A DNA stretch of 64,000 nucleotides. Origin: Ignavibacteriales bacterium. GTDB lineage: Bacteria; Bacteroidota; Ignavibacteria; UBA10030; UBA6906. The translations under genes and the position numbers were made by a program. Below, one piece after another: positions 27,671-37,656 of the stretch. Numbering within the stretch: the stretch's first letter is position 1; each line of letters opens with the position of its first letter. The notes under the pieces are model-generated. The model worked only from the letters and a program-made list of their open reading frames with translations, was not told the origin of the DNA and ran no database searches. The stretch spans positions 96,001 to 160,000 of the forward strand of contig JBBIRR010000001.1 in assembly GCA_037441705.1 (NCBI GenBank), given 5' to 3'.

Positions 27671-27754
27671 GAGGGCCGTCGGATTCCCATCGGAACGCTC
27701 GCCGGCGGCCTTACGCACTTAACGGGGCCGCGGTGAGTCGGCGTTCAAGCAGTC

Positions 27755-28888
27755 TCAACAACATTGGCTCATCAACCTCGCGGCGATCTCGTCGCAGAGC
27801 AGGTAGCCTTTGCGTGTCAGGCGAAAGAAACCGCTCTCCACCATCGCTGCACCTTCGTCCATAAGAGAAGCAATGAACGAACGCGAGGAACTTGAATGTT
27901 GCTCAAGAGTCTGCAAGCGCACGCCATCACTCCGCAAACCGAGGAAGATTTCCTCCTCGAGAAGTTGTGTAGCATCCAGGCTCTCCTCCTGGAGGATGGG
28001 AAGCCTGCCGATGTTCAGCGCCGTGCAGTAGTGTGAGAGGTTCGGGAGGTTCCACCAGCGTCGTGCCGTTGCGCGCTCCTGTCTCCAGAACGAATGCGCC
28101 GACGGCCCGAAGCCAAGATAGTTGCTGTGGCGCCAGTAGTTGTAATTGTGGCGGGATCGAAATCCGGGCCGTGCGTAATTGGAGACTTCGTACTGCTCGA
28201 AGCCGTGCGCTTCAAGAAACGCCATTGTGAACTCGTAGAACTCCGCTTCTTCTTCCGGCGGTTTGGGAGAGACGAGACGCGCTCGCACCATCCGCGCAAG
28301 AGGAGTCCCATCTTCCACAATCAACCCATAAGCAGAAATGTGGTTGGGCTGGAGAGCGATCGCCTTCCGGAGTGTCTCTTCCCACCGCGCAACTGTCTGT
28401 CCCGGCAGCGCATAGATCAGGTCAATGCTGACGTTATCGAATCCTGCCTGCCTCGCCAGCTCGATGCACTGCATCGCCTGCGACGAAGTATGTATGCGTG
28501 TGAGAAACCTCAGCTCATCCTCGTGGAGCGACTGCACGCCGATGCTGAGCCGATTGATGCCGAGCGCGCGGTACGCTTCAAGCTTCTCCTTCGTCACCGT
28601 GCCGGGATTGGTCTCGACGGTGACTTCGGCACCCTGCTGGATGGAGAATGTTTTGTGCAGATGGCTGAGGATGCCCTCAAGCTGAAGCGGCGAGAGCAGG
28701 GAAGGTGTCCCGCCTCCGAAGAAGACCGTCTCGAACGTCTCTCTCACGGCGTAATCCGCATAGAGATTGATCTCGCGATGAAGTGCCGCAAGAAAATCCT
28801 CCATCGAGGAGAGATGCTCGATGGAGTAGAAGTCACAGTACAGACACTTCTTCTCACAGAAGGGAATATGGAAATAGAGTGATGCCAC
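27755..28888 (-). CDS. hemW: Radical SAM heme chaperone HemW
   Basis: LYFHIPFCEKKCLYCDF, FGGGTPS, NRLSIGVQS, YEVSNY, HNYNYW, YLGFGPSAHS. Confidence 0.93.
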   Translation of the reverse strand: MASLYFHIPFCEKKCLYCDFYSIEHLSSMEDFLAALHREINLYADYAVRETFETVFFGGGTPSLLSPLQLEGILSHLHKTFSIQQGAEVTVETNPGTVTKEKLEAYRALGINRLSIGVQSLHEDELRFLTRIHTSSQAMQCIELARQAGFDNVSIDLIYALPGQTVARWEETLRKAIALQPNHISAYGLIVEDGTPLARMVRARLVSPKPPEEEAEFYEFTMAFLEAHGFEQYEVSNYARPGFRSRHNYNYWRHSNYLGFGPSAHSFWRQERATARRWWNLPNLSHYCTALNIGRLPILQEESLDATQLLEEEIFLGLRSDGVRLQTLEQHSSSSRSFIASLMDEGAAMVESGFFRLTRKGYLLCDEIAARLMSQCC

Positions 28889-28914
28889 GAAGACTCTCGT
28901 TCACGATTCAGAAT

Positions 28915-29808
28915 TCATCGGATGATCGTCCCAATCCTCTCCCAACGAATGTGGTTGAATCCCTGGCGTGCTTCATCTTCCTCCCACGACCAATAAATCA
29001 GCATCGCTTTGCCGATGATCAAATCCTCAGGGACGAATCCCCAGAAACGGCTGTCCAGGGAATTATCCCGACTATCTCCCATCACAAAATAGTAGTCGCC
29101 GGCAATGACATACGAACGCTGCGGCCTTCCATCAATCATCACCGTTCCCGTGCTGTCCAGCCCGATGGTGTGCCCTTCAAAGGCGATGATGTCTTTGTAG
29201 AGAAAGAACGTTGTGCTGGAGAGTTGCACCGTGTCGCCTCGCTTAGGAAGAACGACGGGGCCGTACTGGTCTTCATTGAAGTTCGATCCTTTCGGAAACA
29301 CGCGCGGATCGCCAAAGCCGCGTGGAAGCAGATGGCGTTCACTCAATCGAATGCTCGAGACGACAAGCTCCTCGCCGTTCACGTACACGCGTCTGTTTCG
29401 GATCACCAACGTATCGCCGGGCAGCGCAATGCAGCGCTTCACGTAGCGTTCATCCTTATTGCTGTAGGCATCTCGCGCGTACGGAGGAAGCTCGAAGACA
29501 AGAACGTCTCCGCGGCGCGGGGCAACAAGCCGGGGCAAGCGGATTCTCGGAAGGGCGATCGCGGTAAAGGGAACCGTCGAAGGCGTGCGGACTCCGTAGA
29601 TGAATTTGTTCACAAGCAAGAAGTCCCCGGCCTTCAACGTGTTTTCCATGGAAGCTGTCGGGATGCGGAACGCTTCGACGACGCACGCTTTCAGCAGCAG
29701 CGCGACAAGAACCGTGACAAACAGAATCTGCGCGTAATCGCGAAGGCCCAACGTTCTGGAAGCCGGTCGCGCCTCAACGACAGTGTCCGTTGCAGCATCG
29801 CCGTTCAT
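28915..29808 (-). CDS. lepB: Signal peptidase I (second copy)
   Basis: IPTASMENTL (Ser), YVKRC (Lys), GDSRDNSLDSRFWG. Confidence 0.95.
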   Translation of the reverse strand: MNGDAATDTVVEARPASRTLGLRDYAQILFVTVLVALLLKACVVEAFRIPTASMENTLKAGDFLLVNKFIYGVRTPSTVPFTAIALPRIRLPRLVAPRRGDVLVFELPPYARDAYSNKDERYVKRCIALPGDTLVIRNRRVYVNGEELVVSSIRLSERHLLPRGFGDPRVFPKGSNFNEDQYGPVVLPKRGDTVQLSSTTFFLYKDIIAFEGHTIGLDSTGTVMIDGRPQRSYVIAGDYYFVMGDSRDNSLDSRFWGFVPEDLIIGKAMLIYWSWEEDEARQGFNHIRWERIGTIIR

Positions 29809-29810
29809 TG

Positions 29811-30734
29811 TTACCTGATAATCGTCCCGATGCGATGAAAGCGGATGGATTTGATTTTATTGAACGGATCGCTGAACAGCGAAATGTCGGGGTCCCACGA
29901 CCAGTACACGATGAGCGGCGTTCCGACGATATCGTTCTTGGGAATGAAACCCCAGAAGCGACCGTCGAGACTGTTGTCTCGATTGTCGCCCATGCCGAAG
30001 ACGTAATCTCGTTCGACGACGTAGCGCTGCGTGGGCACACCGTCGATCGTAATGCGCCCCTGGGCATCAATCGCCACGCGATGACCCTCTCGCTCGATAA
30101 AGGTTTTCCATCGGTCGAGCGTTTCAAGAGAGAGCGTCACGATATCCCCCTTTTTAGGAACGACAACGGGTCCCCAGTTATCCTCGTTGTAGGGCGCGCC
30201 CTTCGGAAAGATGCGCGGATCGGCAAGCCCGTGCGGCATGATGCGCGGACTGTTGAACTTGACGTTCCGCGGGAACGGCATCTCCTTGCCGTTGACATAG
30301 ACGCGCCGCTCGCGAATCTCGACCGTGTCGCCCGCAAGGGCAATGCAGCGTTTCAGATAGAACATGAACTCCGGCGATCGCACCTCATCACGCTGTCCCG
30401 GAAACTCGAAGACAATCACGTCGCCGCGTTCAACGTCGCGCCACTTCAGAAACGGAAGAACATCGGTAACACGAAACCACGGAATGCGAATGTTGGTCAG
30501 GGGAATGGTGCGCGGCGTGCTTCCTCCATAAATAAATTTGTTGACGAACAGGAAGTCGCCGGCCATGATTTCGTTCTCCATCGAGCCGGTCGGCACTTCG
30601 AACGCTGCCAGCACCATACTGTTGAGAACGAGAAACGCGCCAACGACGAACACGACGTCCTTGATGAAGTCCTTCACCGGCTGCTTCTTCACCGGCGCGC
30701 TCGGAATCGCTTTTGTTGCTGAGTCTTTGGCCAT
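29811..30734 (-). CDS. lepB: Signal peptidase I (first copy)
   Basis: VPTGSMEN, YLKRC, GDNRDNSLDGRFWG. Confidence 0.95.
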   Translation of the reverse strand: MAKDSATKAIPSAPVKKQPVKDFIKDVVFVVGAFLVLNSMVLAAFEVPTGSMENEIMAGDFLFVNKFIYGGSTPRTIPLTNIRIPWFRVTDVLPFLKWRDVERGDVIVFEFPGQRDEVRSPEFMFYLKRCIALAGDTVEIRERRVYVNGKEMPFPRNVKFNSPRIMPHGLADPRIFPKGAPYNEDNWGPVVVPKKGDIVTLSLETLDRWKTFIEREGHRVAIDAQGRITIDGVPTQRYVVERDYVFGMGDNRDNSLDGRFWGFIPKNDIVGTPLIVYWSWDPDISLFSDPFNKIKSIRFHRIGTIIR

Positions 30735-30789
30735 GCTTGGCTCCTTTTGGTTCTGAAATACGACTTCTGCCCTCGGACCGTTTTCTTGC

Positions 30790-32592
30790 CTACGACTCCT
30801 CGTCCATCGAGAGCACGGCGAGGAACGCCTCCTGCGGTATCTCGACTCTTCCTATCTGCTTCATGCGTTTCTTTCCCTCTTTCTGCTTTTCCAGCAGCTT
30901 GCGTTTGCGGGTGATGTCGCCGCCGTAGCATTTGGCAAGAACGTTTTTGCGCATCGGAGAGATCGTCTCGCGTGCAATCACTTTGCTGCCGATGGCGGCC
31001 TGAATCGCCACCTCGAACATTTGACGCGGAATGAGTTTCCGGAGTTTACCGCAGAGCTTCTTGCCCCATTCGTGAGCTTTGTCCCGATGCACAATCGTCG
31101 AGAACGCATCCACCGGTTCCCCGTTCAGGAGGATGTCGAGCTTGACGAGGTCGGCTTCGCGAAAGCCGATGATCTCGTAGTCGAATGAAGCATAGCCGCG
31201 GCTCAAGGATTTCAACTTATCATAAAAATCAAAAATGATTTCCGACAGCGGCATCTCGTACTGAATGTCTGCACGCGTGGGATCGAGATACGTCGTGTTC
31301 TTGTAGATGCCGCGTCGATCCATGCACAGCTTCATGATGTTGCCGACATACTCCGTCGGGACGATGATCTGCGCTTTGATGAACGGCTCTTCGATCTTCT
31401 CAATCTCTCCCAGCGGTGGCATCAGCGAGGGGTTGTCCACAAACACGACCTCACCGTTGCGTTTGGTAACCCGGTATTCGACGTTCGGGACGGTGTTGAT
31501 GATGTTCTGATTGTACTCGCGCTCCAGCCGCTGTTGCACGATCTCCATGTGCAGCAGACCGAGATAGCCGCAGCGGAAGCCAAATCCCAGAGCCGCCGAG
31601 GTTTCCGGCTCGAAGATGAGGGCCGAATCATTCAGACGAAGTTTTTCGATCGAAGCACGCAGATCCTCGAAATCCTCGGCGTTGGTCGGATAGACGCCGC
31701 TGAACACCATCGGCTTGACCACTTTGTAGCCTGGCAATGGCTCGGTGGCCGGGTTATGCGCCGAGGTGACCGTGTCGCCCACTTTCGTATCGTGCACATC
31801 CCGGATGCCGGCAATCAAGTAGCCGACGTTGCCCGCGGTCAGCTCGCCCGTCCGGATCTTCTTCATCCCGAGGATGCCGACCTCTTCCGCCTCAAAGACT
31901 TTTCCGTTGTGAAAGAAGCGGACCTTTTCTCGTTCACGCAGCGTCCCATCAAAGACGCGCAGATACACGATCGAGCCGCGATACGTATCGAACACGGAAT
32001 CGAAAATCAGCGCGCGCAGCGGATGGGAAGGATCGCCCTGAGGCGGAGGAATGCGGTGAACGACGGCTTCAAGAATCTCTTCGATCCCGATGTTGGCCTT
32101 TGCACTGGCAAGAATGATCTCCTCGTCCCGGCATCCGATCAGTTCCCGTAACTGCTGCTTTACCGTGTCAATCATCGCACTCGGCAAATCAATTTTGTTA
32201 ATCACCGGGATGATTTCCAGTCCGGCATCGAGCGCAAGATAGAGATTGCTGATCGTCTGCGCTTCTACACCTTGCGACGCATCAACCACGAGCAACGCGC
32301 CCTCGCATGCGGCGAGCGAGCGCGACACCTCGTAGGAAAAATCCACGTGCCCCGGCGTGTCGATCAGATTCAGGGTATAGTCCCGTCCGTCGCGCGCCCT
32401 GTAGGTCATCTGCACGGCATGCAGCTTGATGGTGATGCCCCGCTCCTGTTCCAGGTCCATATCATCCAACACCTGATTGAACTTCATTTCGCGAGGCGTA
32501 ATCGTACCCGTGCGTTCCAGCAGGCGGTCGGCAATCGTCGATTTGCCGTGATCGATATGGGCAATGATGCAGAAGTTGCGAATCTGATTCAT
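30790..32592 (-). CDS. lepA: Elongation factor 4 (LepA)
   Basis: [49 protein letters not shown]; start set to MNQIR. Confidence 0.98.
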   Translation of the reverse strand: MNQIRNFCIIAHIDHGKSTIADRLLERTGTITPREMKFNQVLDDMDLEQERGITIKLHAVQMTYRARDGRDYTLNLIDTPGHVDFSYEVSRSLAACEGALLVVDASQGVEAQTISNLYLALDAGLEIIPVINKIDLPSAMIDTVKQQLRELIGCRDEEIILASAKANIGIEEILEAVVHRIPPPQGDPSHPLRALIFDSVFDTYRGSIVYLRVFDGTLREREKVRFFHNGKVFEAEEVGILGMKKIRTGELTAGNVGYLIAGIRDVHDTKVGDTVTSAHNPATEPLPGYKVVKPMVFSGVYPTNAEDFEDLRASIEKLRLNDSALIFEPETSAALGFGFRCGYLGLLHMEIVQQRLEREYNQNIINTVPNVEYRVTKRNGEVVFVDNPSLMPPLGEIEKIEEPFIKAQIIVPTEYVGNIMKLCMDRRGIYKNTTYLDPTRADIQYEMPLSEIIFDFYDKLKSLSRGYASFDYEIIGFREADLVKLDILLNGEPVDAFSTIVHRDKAHEWGKKLCGKLRKLIPRQMFEVAIQAAIGSKVIARETISPMRKNVLAKCYGGDITRKRKLLEKQKEGKKRMKQIGRVEIPQEAFLAVLSMDEES

Positions 32593-32603
32593 CGGGCAGC
32601 ACA

Positions 32604-32707
32604 AACTCTAATAACAGAAAAGTCCGATTCCGAACCGAGGGTCTCGGGACGGACGGACTTGGGTCAGAGTTCCGCAACAATATATACTTTTGGGGTGCGA
32701 GTTGCAA
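32604..32707 (-). promoter_or_regulatory. lepA promoter and structured leader with a terminator-like hairpin
   Basis: TTGCAA-N17-TATATT (32679-32707); hairpin AAGTCCG...CGGACTT (32620-32660) followed by TTCTGTTATT. Confidence 0.5.
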
Positions 32708-32747
32708 CGCGCCGGGGAGTTCCCTGGCACGACCCAACCGGGCGCGT

Positions 32748-34679
32748 TCAACGGATCAGGAGAAGTCTTCTGGTGTGTACAAACCCACCCGCGCGCAGAC
32801 GATAGAAGTACGTTCCGCTCGCAAGCCCCGCGGCATCGAACCTTACTTCATACCTTCCGGGCTTTAGGTCTTCATGCACCAGCGTTGCGACCTCTCGTCC
32901 CAACACATCATACACTGCAAGCAGCACGAATCCGGACGCGGCAATCGTGAAGCGAATGCGGGTGGTCGGGTTGAAAGGATTCGGAGAGTTCTGCTCCAGC
33001 GCATACGTTGACGGCGCGCCGTCCGATTCGGCGGTGCCGGTTTGATTTGATCTCGTCAACACGACGGTGATGTTGGAGAGATAGTACGTGTTGGGAGGAA
33101 TTGTGATCGGAACAACCTGAGGCGTGAACGGCTCCTGATCCACAACCATCGTCACATCGCCGAACGGCAGCGCTTCGACGCTATAGCTTCCAGACGCCGT
33201 GCTGATGGCGCTGCCGACAACCGCTCCGCTCGCATCGCGGACGAGAATCCGACCGCCCACAAGAGGTTCACTCGTGGAAGAGAGCGCAACACCGCTGACG
33301 GTTGTCAGGCCGTTGCTCTCGATCGCAAGCACACCCACAGCAGCCTCCGCTCTTCCAGTAGCAACAACCACACTATCCGCAAGCTGCCACTGGGCGACGC
33401 CGTACTGACCTTCCCTGTAAAAGGCAGGAGCGTAATTACTGAAGGGGACAGCGAGCACTGCATAGGTTCCGCTTGCGACGTTGTTGAATGTGTACTCACC
33501 GTCGGCTCCGGAGTGCACAACCTGCGTTGGTGGCTGGCCGTGAGGCGGACGGGGAAAGAGAATCACTCGCGAAGGCGCAGGCTGACCCGTGGAGTCACGA
33601 ACCGCACCTTCAATGGAGCCTGGGTAAGCTGGCGCAGGACGGAGGAAAAAGTTCACCCCCGATGTGTCGGCGTTTGCGCTCAGGATCGCGGCGCGTGTGG
33701 GATCGAAAGTCTGGTTAAAGTATTGAAGGAGATAGCCGGCTTTCCCTGCAGCGACAATGTATGAGCCGTTTTGTGGAACGCTGGCCCGAAAGCGTCCCTG
33801 GGAGTCGGTCGCTCCGCTCCAGATTACACCCCGCGTGTACCCGATACCGGAAAGCTGCCGCGCTTCCGAACCGAGGCCCGGGATCGTTCCGGTGGTTGCC
33901 GCCAACCTATACATCTCTTGAATTGATCGCATCACCGCCACCGTAGCGTTCGGGATGAGCTGCCCCTGCTCGCTGCGCACCACTCCATTGATCGAAACAT
34001 AGCGCATGATCGTCACGCGCTGCAAGCCGAAGTGCACCGTGCTGACGGCGCCGCTGCTGACCGTCACCGGCGTTGCGGCGGACGGCTCGGAGGCATTTTC
34101 AAACCACTCCGGCCGATATTGTATCGTGCCGATCGGCTCGCAGGGCGGCTCGGCTTTGATCAGATAGCGCCCCGTGTCCACCGCGGCCTCATACATGCCG
34201 AGCGAGTCGGTAACGTCATATTGATTCGTCCACATGGCGCCGACACGGAAGAAACGAACGCGCACAGAGCGAATCGGTGCGCCGGTCGAATCGTCCACGA
34301 CCGTTCCTCGTATCGTTCCACGCATGCCGCCGGAGGGACCGAGCACGGCAACCGCAATCGCACTGCGCGGACCTTCCGCCGCTGTGGAATCCGCCCACGC
34401 AACCGCCCGGAGGTAGTAATGGTATGTTCGGCCTCCCATCACGCCATGATCGTCAAACGATCTGCCCATCACTTGAGCGATGCGCGTGAAGTGCAGTGTA
34501 TCGTTGACGGAACGATACAGATTGCAGTACCACGTTCCGGGTGCGGTCTGCCACGAAATTTCAATGCGGGGATGATTGCCGGGGAACGCTTGCGCTGTGA
34601 CTTGAGAAGGAGGGGCTTGCGCATACAGCATCGCAACCGCGCTCAGATGCAGAAGGAAGAGTTTCAGAAACGTGTTCAT
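32748..34679 (-). CDS. Secreted FN3 plus carboxypeptidase-regulatory-like repeat protein with T9SS-type CTD (paralog B)
   Basis: Signal peptide; NLYRS/YHYYLRAV FN3; repeated GTIRGTVVD/TDSLG beta-sandwich units; ALEQNSPNPFNPTT...SGTYFYRL CTD. Confidence 0.85.
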   Translation of the reverse strand: MNTFLKLFLLHLSAVAMLYAQAPPSQVTAQAFPGNHPRIEISWQTAPGTWYCNLYRSVNDTLHFTRIAQVMGRSFDDHGVMGGRTYHYYLRAVAWADSTAAEGPRSAIAVAVLGPSGGMRGTIRGTVVDDSTGAPIRSVRVRFFRVGAMWTNQYDVTDSLGMYEAAVDTGRYLIKAEPPCEPIGTIQYRPEWFENASEPSAATPVTVSSGAVSTVHFGLQRVTIMRYVSINGVVRSEQGQLIPNATVAVMRSIQEMYRLAATTGTIPGLGSEARQLSGIGYTRGVIWSGATDSQGRFRASVPQNGSYIVAAGKAGYLLQYFNQTFDPTRAAILSANADTSGVNFFLRPAPAYPGSIEGAVRDSTGQPAPSRVILFPRPPHGQPPTQVVHSGADGEYTFNNVASGTYAVLAVPFSNYAPAFYREGQYGVAQWQLADSVVVATGRAEAAVGVLAIESNGLTTVSGVALSSTSEPLVGGRILVRDASGAVVGSAISTASGSYSVEALPFGDVTMVVDQEPFTPQVVPITIPPNTYYLSNITVVLTRSNQTGTAESDGAPSTYALEQNSPNPFNPTTRIRFTIAASGFVLLAVYDVLGREVATLVHEDLKPGRYEVRFDAAGLASGTYFYRLRAGGFVHTRRLLLIR

Positions 34680-34829
34680 GCGCGTTGCTTTCGGGACATT
34701 GAACTCGCGGGAAACGGCATACGCAATCTACACCTTTTCTCCATAAGAATAAACCACAACCCAGCCCCCCGGAGTCGCTCTCCCTCCAGAAGGCTGGGCG
34801 TGATCGAAGAGTTCTCGCTCTCGCGTGAG

Positions 34830-36797
34830 TTACTTGAGAAGCAACATCTTCCGTACGGAGGAGAACTCTTTTCCCCCTTCCGTTGCTGTTGCATGCAGTT
34901 TGTAGAAGTACAAACCGCTTGCCGCAGGACGCCCGTTCGCGTCCACGCCGTTCCACACAACATTGTATGTGCCCGCAGCCTGAGCCGGATTATTCACCAG
35001 CGTTGCTATTTCCTGACCCAGCACGTTGAAGACCTGCAACCGTACGTTGCTTGTAACGGGCAGAGTGAAGGCAATAGCGGTGCTCGGGTTAAAGGGATTG
35101 GGATAGTTCTGACTCAGCGAATACTGATCGGGAACCGTTGATGGGCCGCCGGCAGAGGTTGGACCATCCGGCGTCAGCGTCATGTTCACATTGTCCAACG
35201 TATAGGTGTTGGGGCTGATGGAGACGAGAGTTTGTGCCGAACGATAGCCCTCACGGTCCGCAACAACCGTGACGCTGCCCGCCGCGACCGCATAGATATC
35301 GTATGACCCGTTCCTATCGGTCACGCCGATGCCGAGCAGCTCACCCGTGCTGCTGAATGCCGCCAGGCGAACACCGCCGAGCGCAAGAGATGTGTTCGTC
35401 CGAATCGTGCCGCGAACGCGCGCAAGGCCGTTACCGGTAATCGGTCGAACACCCACATCAATGCCCGTAACGTTGCCGCTGACTTCAACCGTATCGGCAT
35501 CCTGAATGCGCGTGACGCCGTAAGCGCCTGCTTTGTAGAACGCAGGTCCGTAGCCGCTGTAGGGGCGAGCAAACACGAAGTATCTGCCGGCTTCAACGCC
35601 GGTAATCGTGTACGCGCCGAGGGAATCCGTATGCACATAACGGAGATGCGTCCCAGGATGACGGATGGGAATCAGCGTGATACGCGAGGGCACCCTCGTG
35701 CCCAGCGAATCCTTTACGACGCCGCTGATGCTGTTGTTCGGGATGGGCCGCACCGCCAGCGAGAAGTCGATCCCGGATGTATCTCGCGTGCCCAAGACGA
35801 TGATATCTGCAAGCTCGGGGGTCGGCTTGTTATCGAAATACTCGGGCAGGTAGCCGGGCTTCGAGGCCATCGCAATGTAACTATTGTTGCCGACAACACG
35901 GATGCGGTACCGGCCAAGCGAGTCGGTATAGCCGGTACTCACAACGCCGCGCGTATGCCCGATGCCGTCAAGCTCCATCGCTTCTTCTCCGATGCCCGGC
36001 GTCAGTCCCAGCGATGCAAGGTAGTTCATCTCCTGCAGCGTTCTGATGATCGCGACGCGGGCGTGTCGCAATGGATTGTTGGCCGTGTCGGTCACCACAC
36101 CGCTGACGTAGACGAACACCGGCGGCACCAATCGGGCCAGCCCCATATCAGCAACGAACACGGAGCTTTCAGCAACCGCAATCACGGTTGCGCACGAAGG
36201 CTCGTAGCAATTGTTGTAATATTCGGGCCGATAGCGCGGCAGCGATGCCGAGCACATCGGGTTGGCGCGCAGGATATACCGACCGGTGTCCAGCAACGCA
36301 GAATAGCGACCCAAGGAATCAGTCCACACGCCGACGTTCGACCAATGCGTGTTGGTAAGACGATAGAACGACATCAGCACGCGCGGAATGGGAAGCCCGG
36401 TCGAATCGTCGGTCACAACGCCGCGCACGATCCCCTTCGGTCGAGGCGGTGGACCCGTTACCAGAATATCTACAACATTGCTGCGAGGGCTTTCGTTGTT
36501 GCCCGCAACGGCCTTCACAAAATAGTAATACCGCGTCCCCACAACGACGCCATGATCAACGAACGAGCGTCCGTTGACCATGCCAAGCGATTGGAAATTC
36601 GACGTGTCGTTTGCCGAACGGTACACGCGGAACGACGCCATCGTTTGCGGGTAATCCCACATCAGTTTCACAGCCGGTTGTGTGCTTCCGGAAAAAATGA
36701 GTTCAGCTCTCAGGTTCGTCGGCGGCGGAAGTGTTTGAGCAAACACTCCTGCGATCAACGCCACACACAGAGAGCCTACCAGCAGCAATCGAGTCAT
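34830..36797 (-). CDS. Secreted FN3 plus carboxypeptidase-regulatory-like repeat protein with T9SS/FlgD-Ig-type CTD (paralog A)
   Basis: Same architecture as its neighbour; LSQNYPNPFNPST...WNGVDANGRPAASGLYFY; start set to MTRLL. Confidence 0.85.
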   Translation of the reverse strand: MTRLLLVGSLCVALIAGVFAQTLPPPTNLRAELIFSGSTQPAVKLMWDYPQTMASFRVYRSANDTSNFQSLGMVNGRSFVDHGVVVGTRYYYFVKAVAGNNESPRSNVVDILVTGPPPRPKGIVRGVVTDDSTGLPIPRVLMSFYRLTNTHWSNVGVWTDSLGRYSALLDTGRYILRANPMCSASLPRYRPEYYNNCYEPSCATVIAVAESSVFVADMGLARLVPPVFVYVSGVVTDTANNPLRHARVAIIRTLQEMNYLASLGLTPGIGEEAMELDGIGHTRGVVSTGYTDSLGRYRIRVVGNNSYIAMASKPGYLPEYFDNKPTPELADIIVLGTRDTSGIDFSLAVRPIPNNSISGVVKDSLGTRVPSRITLIPIRHPGTHLRYVHTDSLGAYTITGVEAGRYFVFARPYSGYGPAFYKAGAYGVTRIQDADTVEVSGNVTGIDVGVRPITGNGLARVRGTIRTNTSLALGGVRLAAFSSTGELLGIGVTDRNGSYDIYAVAAGSVTVVADREGYRSAQTLVSISPNTYTLDNVNMTLTPDGPTSAGGPSTVPDQYSLSQNYPNPFNPSTAIAFTLPVTSNVRLQVFNVLGQEIATLVNNPAQAAGTYNVVWNGVDANGRPAASGLYFYKLHATATEGGKEFSSVRKMLLLK

Positions 36798-36894
36798 AGA
36801 TGACCCCCTCGTTAGTTTGATGGTTGATTGTAGTGAGCTATTGAGATTCATGTTTGTTCATTACCAATATCTCTTTTCACCCCCTCTTCCTCAA

Positions 36895-36910
36895 TACCAT
36901 AAATATGGTA
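36895..36910. promoter_or_regulatory. Palindromic operator, candidate NarL-family 7-2-7 site
   Basis: TACCATA-AA-TATGGTA, about 100 nt upstream of paralog A and next to the NarL-family regulator gene. Confidence 0.6.
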
Positions 36911-36998
36911 ATTTGCAAGGCGGGTATCCGACGAATTACCAACAGGTTAGCCAAAGAACGGAATCGCAGCGGCCTCCCCAACGTTCGAAGAAATTCTC

Positions 36999-37652
36999 TC
37001 AGCCGAACAGCCTGTACTTGAGCGCCTTCGAGACGGCGGCCGACTTGGAATGGACTTGCAGTTTCTCGTACACGCGTTTGATGTGAGACTGGACGGTAAG
37101 CGGACTGATATACAACTTCTCGGCGATGCGTTTGTAGCTGTAGCCTTCAACGAGCCACTGGAGAATATCCAGCTCGCGCGGAGTCAGATTCATCTGCGTG
37201 GAAGGCGGAGCTTCCTTGTCTCTGACCATGGAGAGCAGCCGCCGCGCAATTGACGCACTCATCGGCGCACCGATGCGGATCTCTTTGATCGCGCGTATCA
37301 ACTCCGCCGATTCGGCATTCTTCAACACATATCCCGACGCGCCGGCGCAGATGGACTGAAAAATCTTGTCATCGTCATCGTACACGGTGTGCATCAGGAC
37401 GTCAACCGTCGGGAACCGACTCTTCACCACTTTCACGCCTTCGATGCCGCTCATTCCCGGCAATCCAATATCCATCAGCAGGACGTCGGGAACATTCTGC
37501 GGCAGCTCTTTCAACGCACTCTCCACAGAGTTGTACGCGCCGATGCATTTCAGTCCCGGCGTCCCATTGATGATATCAACGATCGTGTCACGGATGCGGC
37601 CTCGGTCTTCCACCACCGCGACACGAATCGTGGCTTCCTCGCGCTTCGCCAT
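36999..37652 (-). CDS. NarL/LuxR family response regulator
   Basis: VVED, MDIGLPGMSG, LTPRELDIL...IAEKLYISPLTVQSHIKRVYEKL. Confidence 0.95.
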   Translation of the reverse strand: MAKREEATIRVAVVEDRGRIRDTIVDIINGTPGLKCIGAYNSVESALKELPQNVPDVLLMDIGLPGMSGIEGVKVVKSRFPTVDVLMHTVYDDDDKIFQSICAGASGYVLKNAESAELIRAIKEIRIGAPMSASIARRLLSMVRDKEAPPSTQMNLTPRELDILQWLVEGYSYKRIAEKLYISPLTVQSHIKRVYEKLQVHSKSAAVSKALKYRLFG

Positions 37653-37656
37653 AAAA

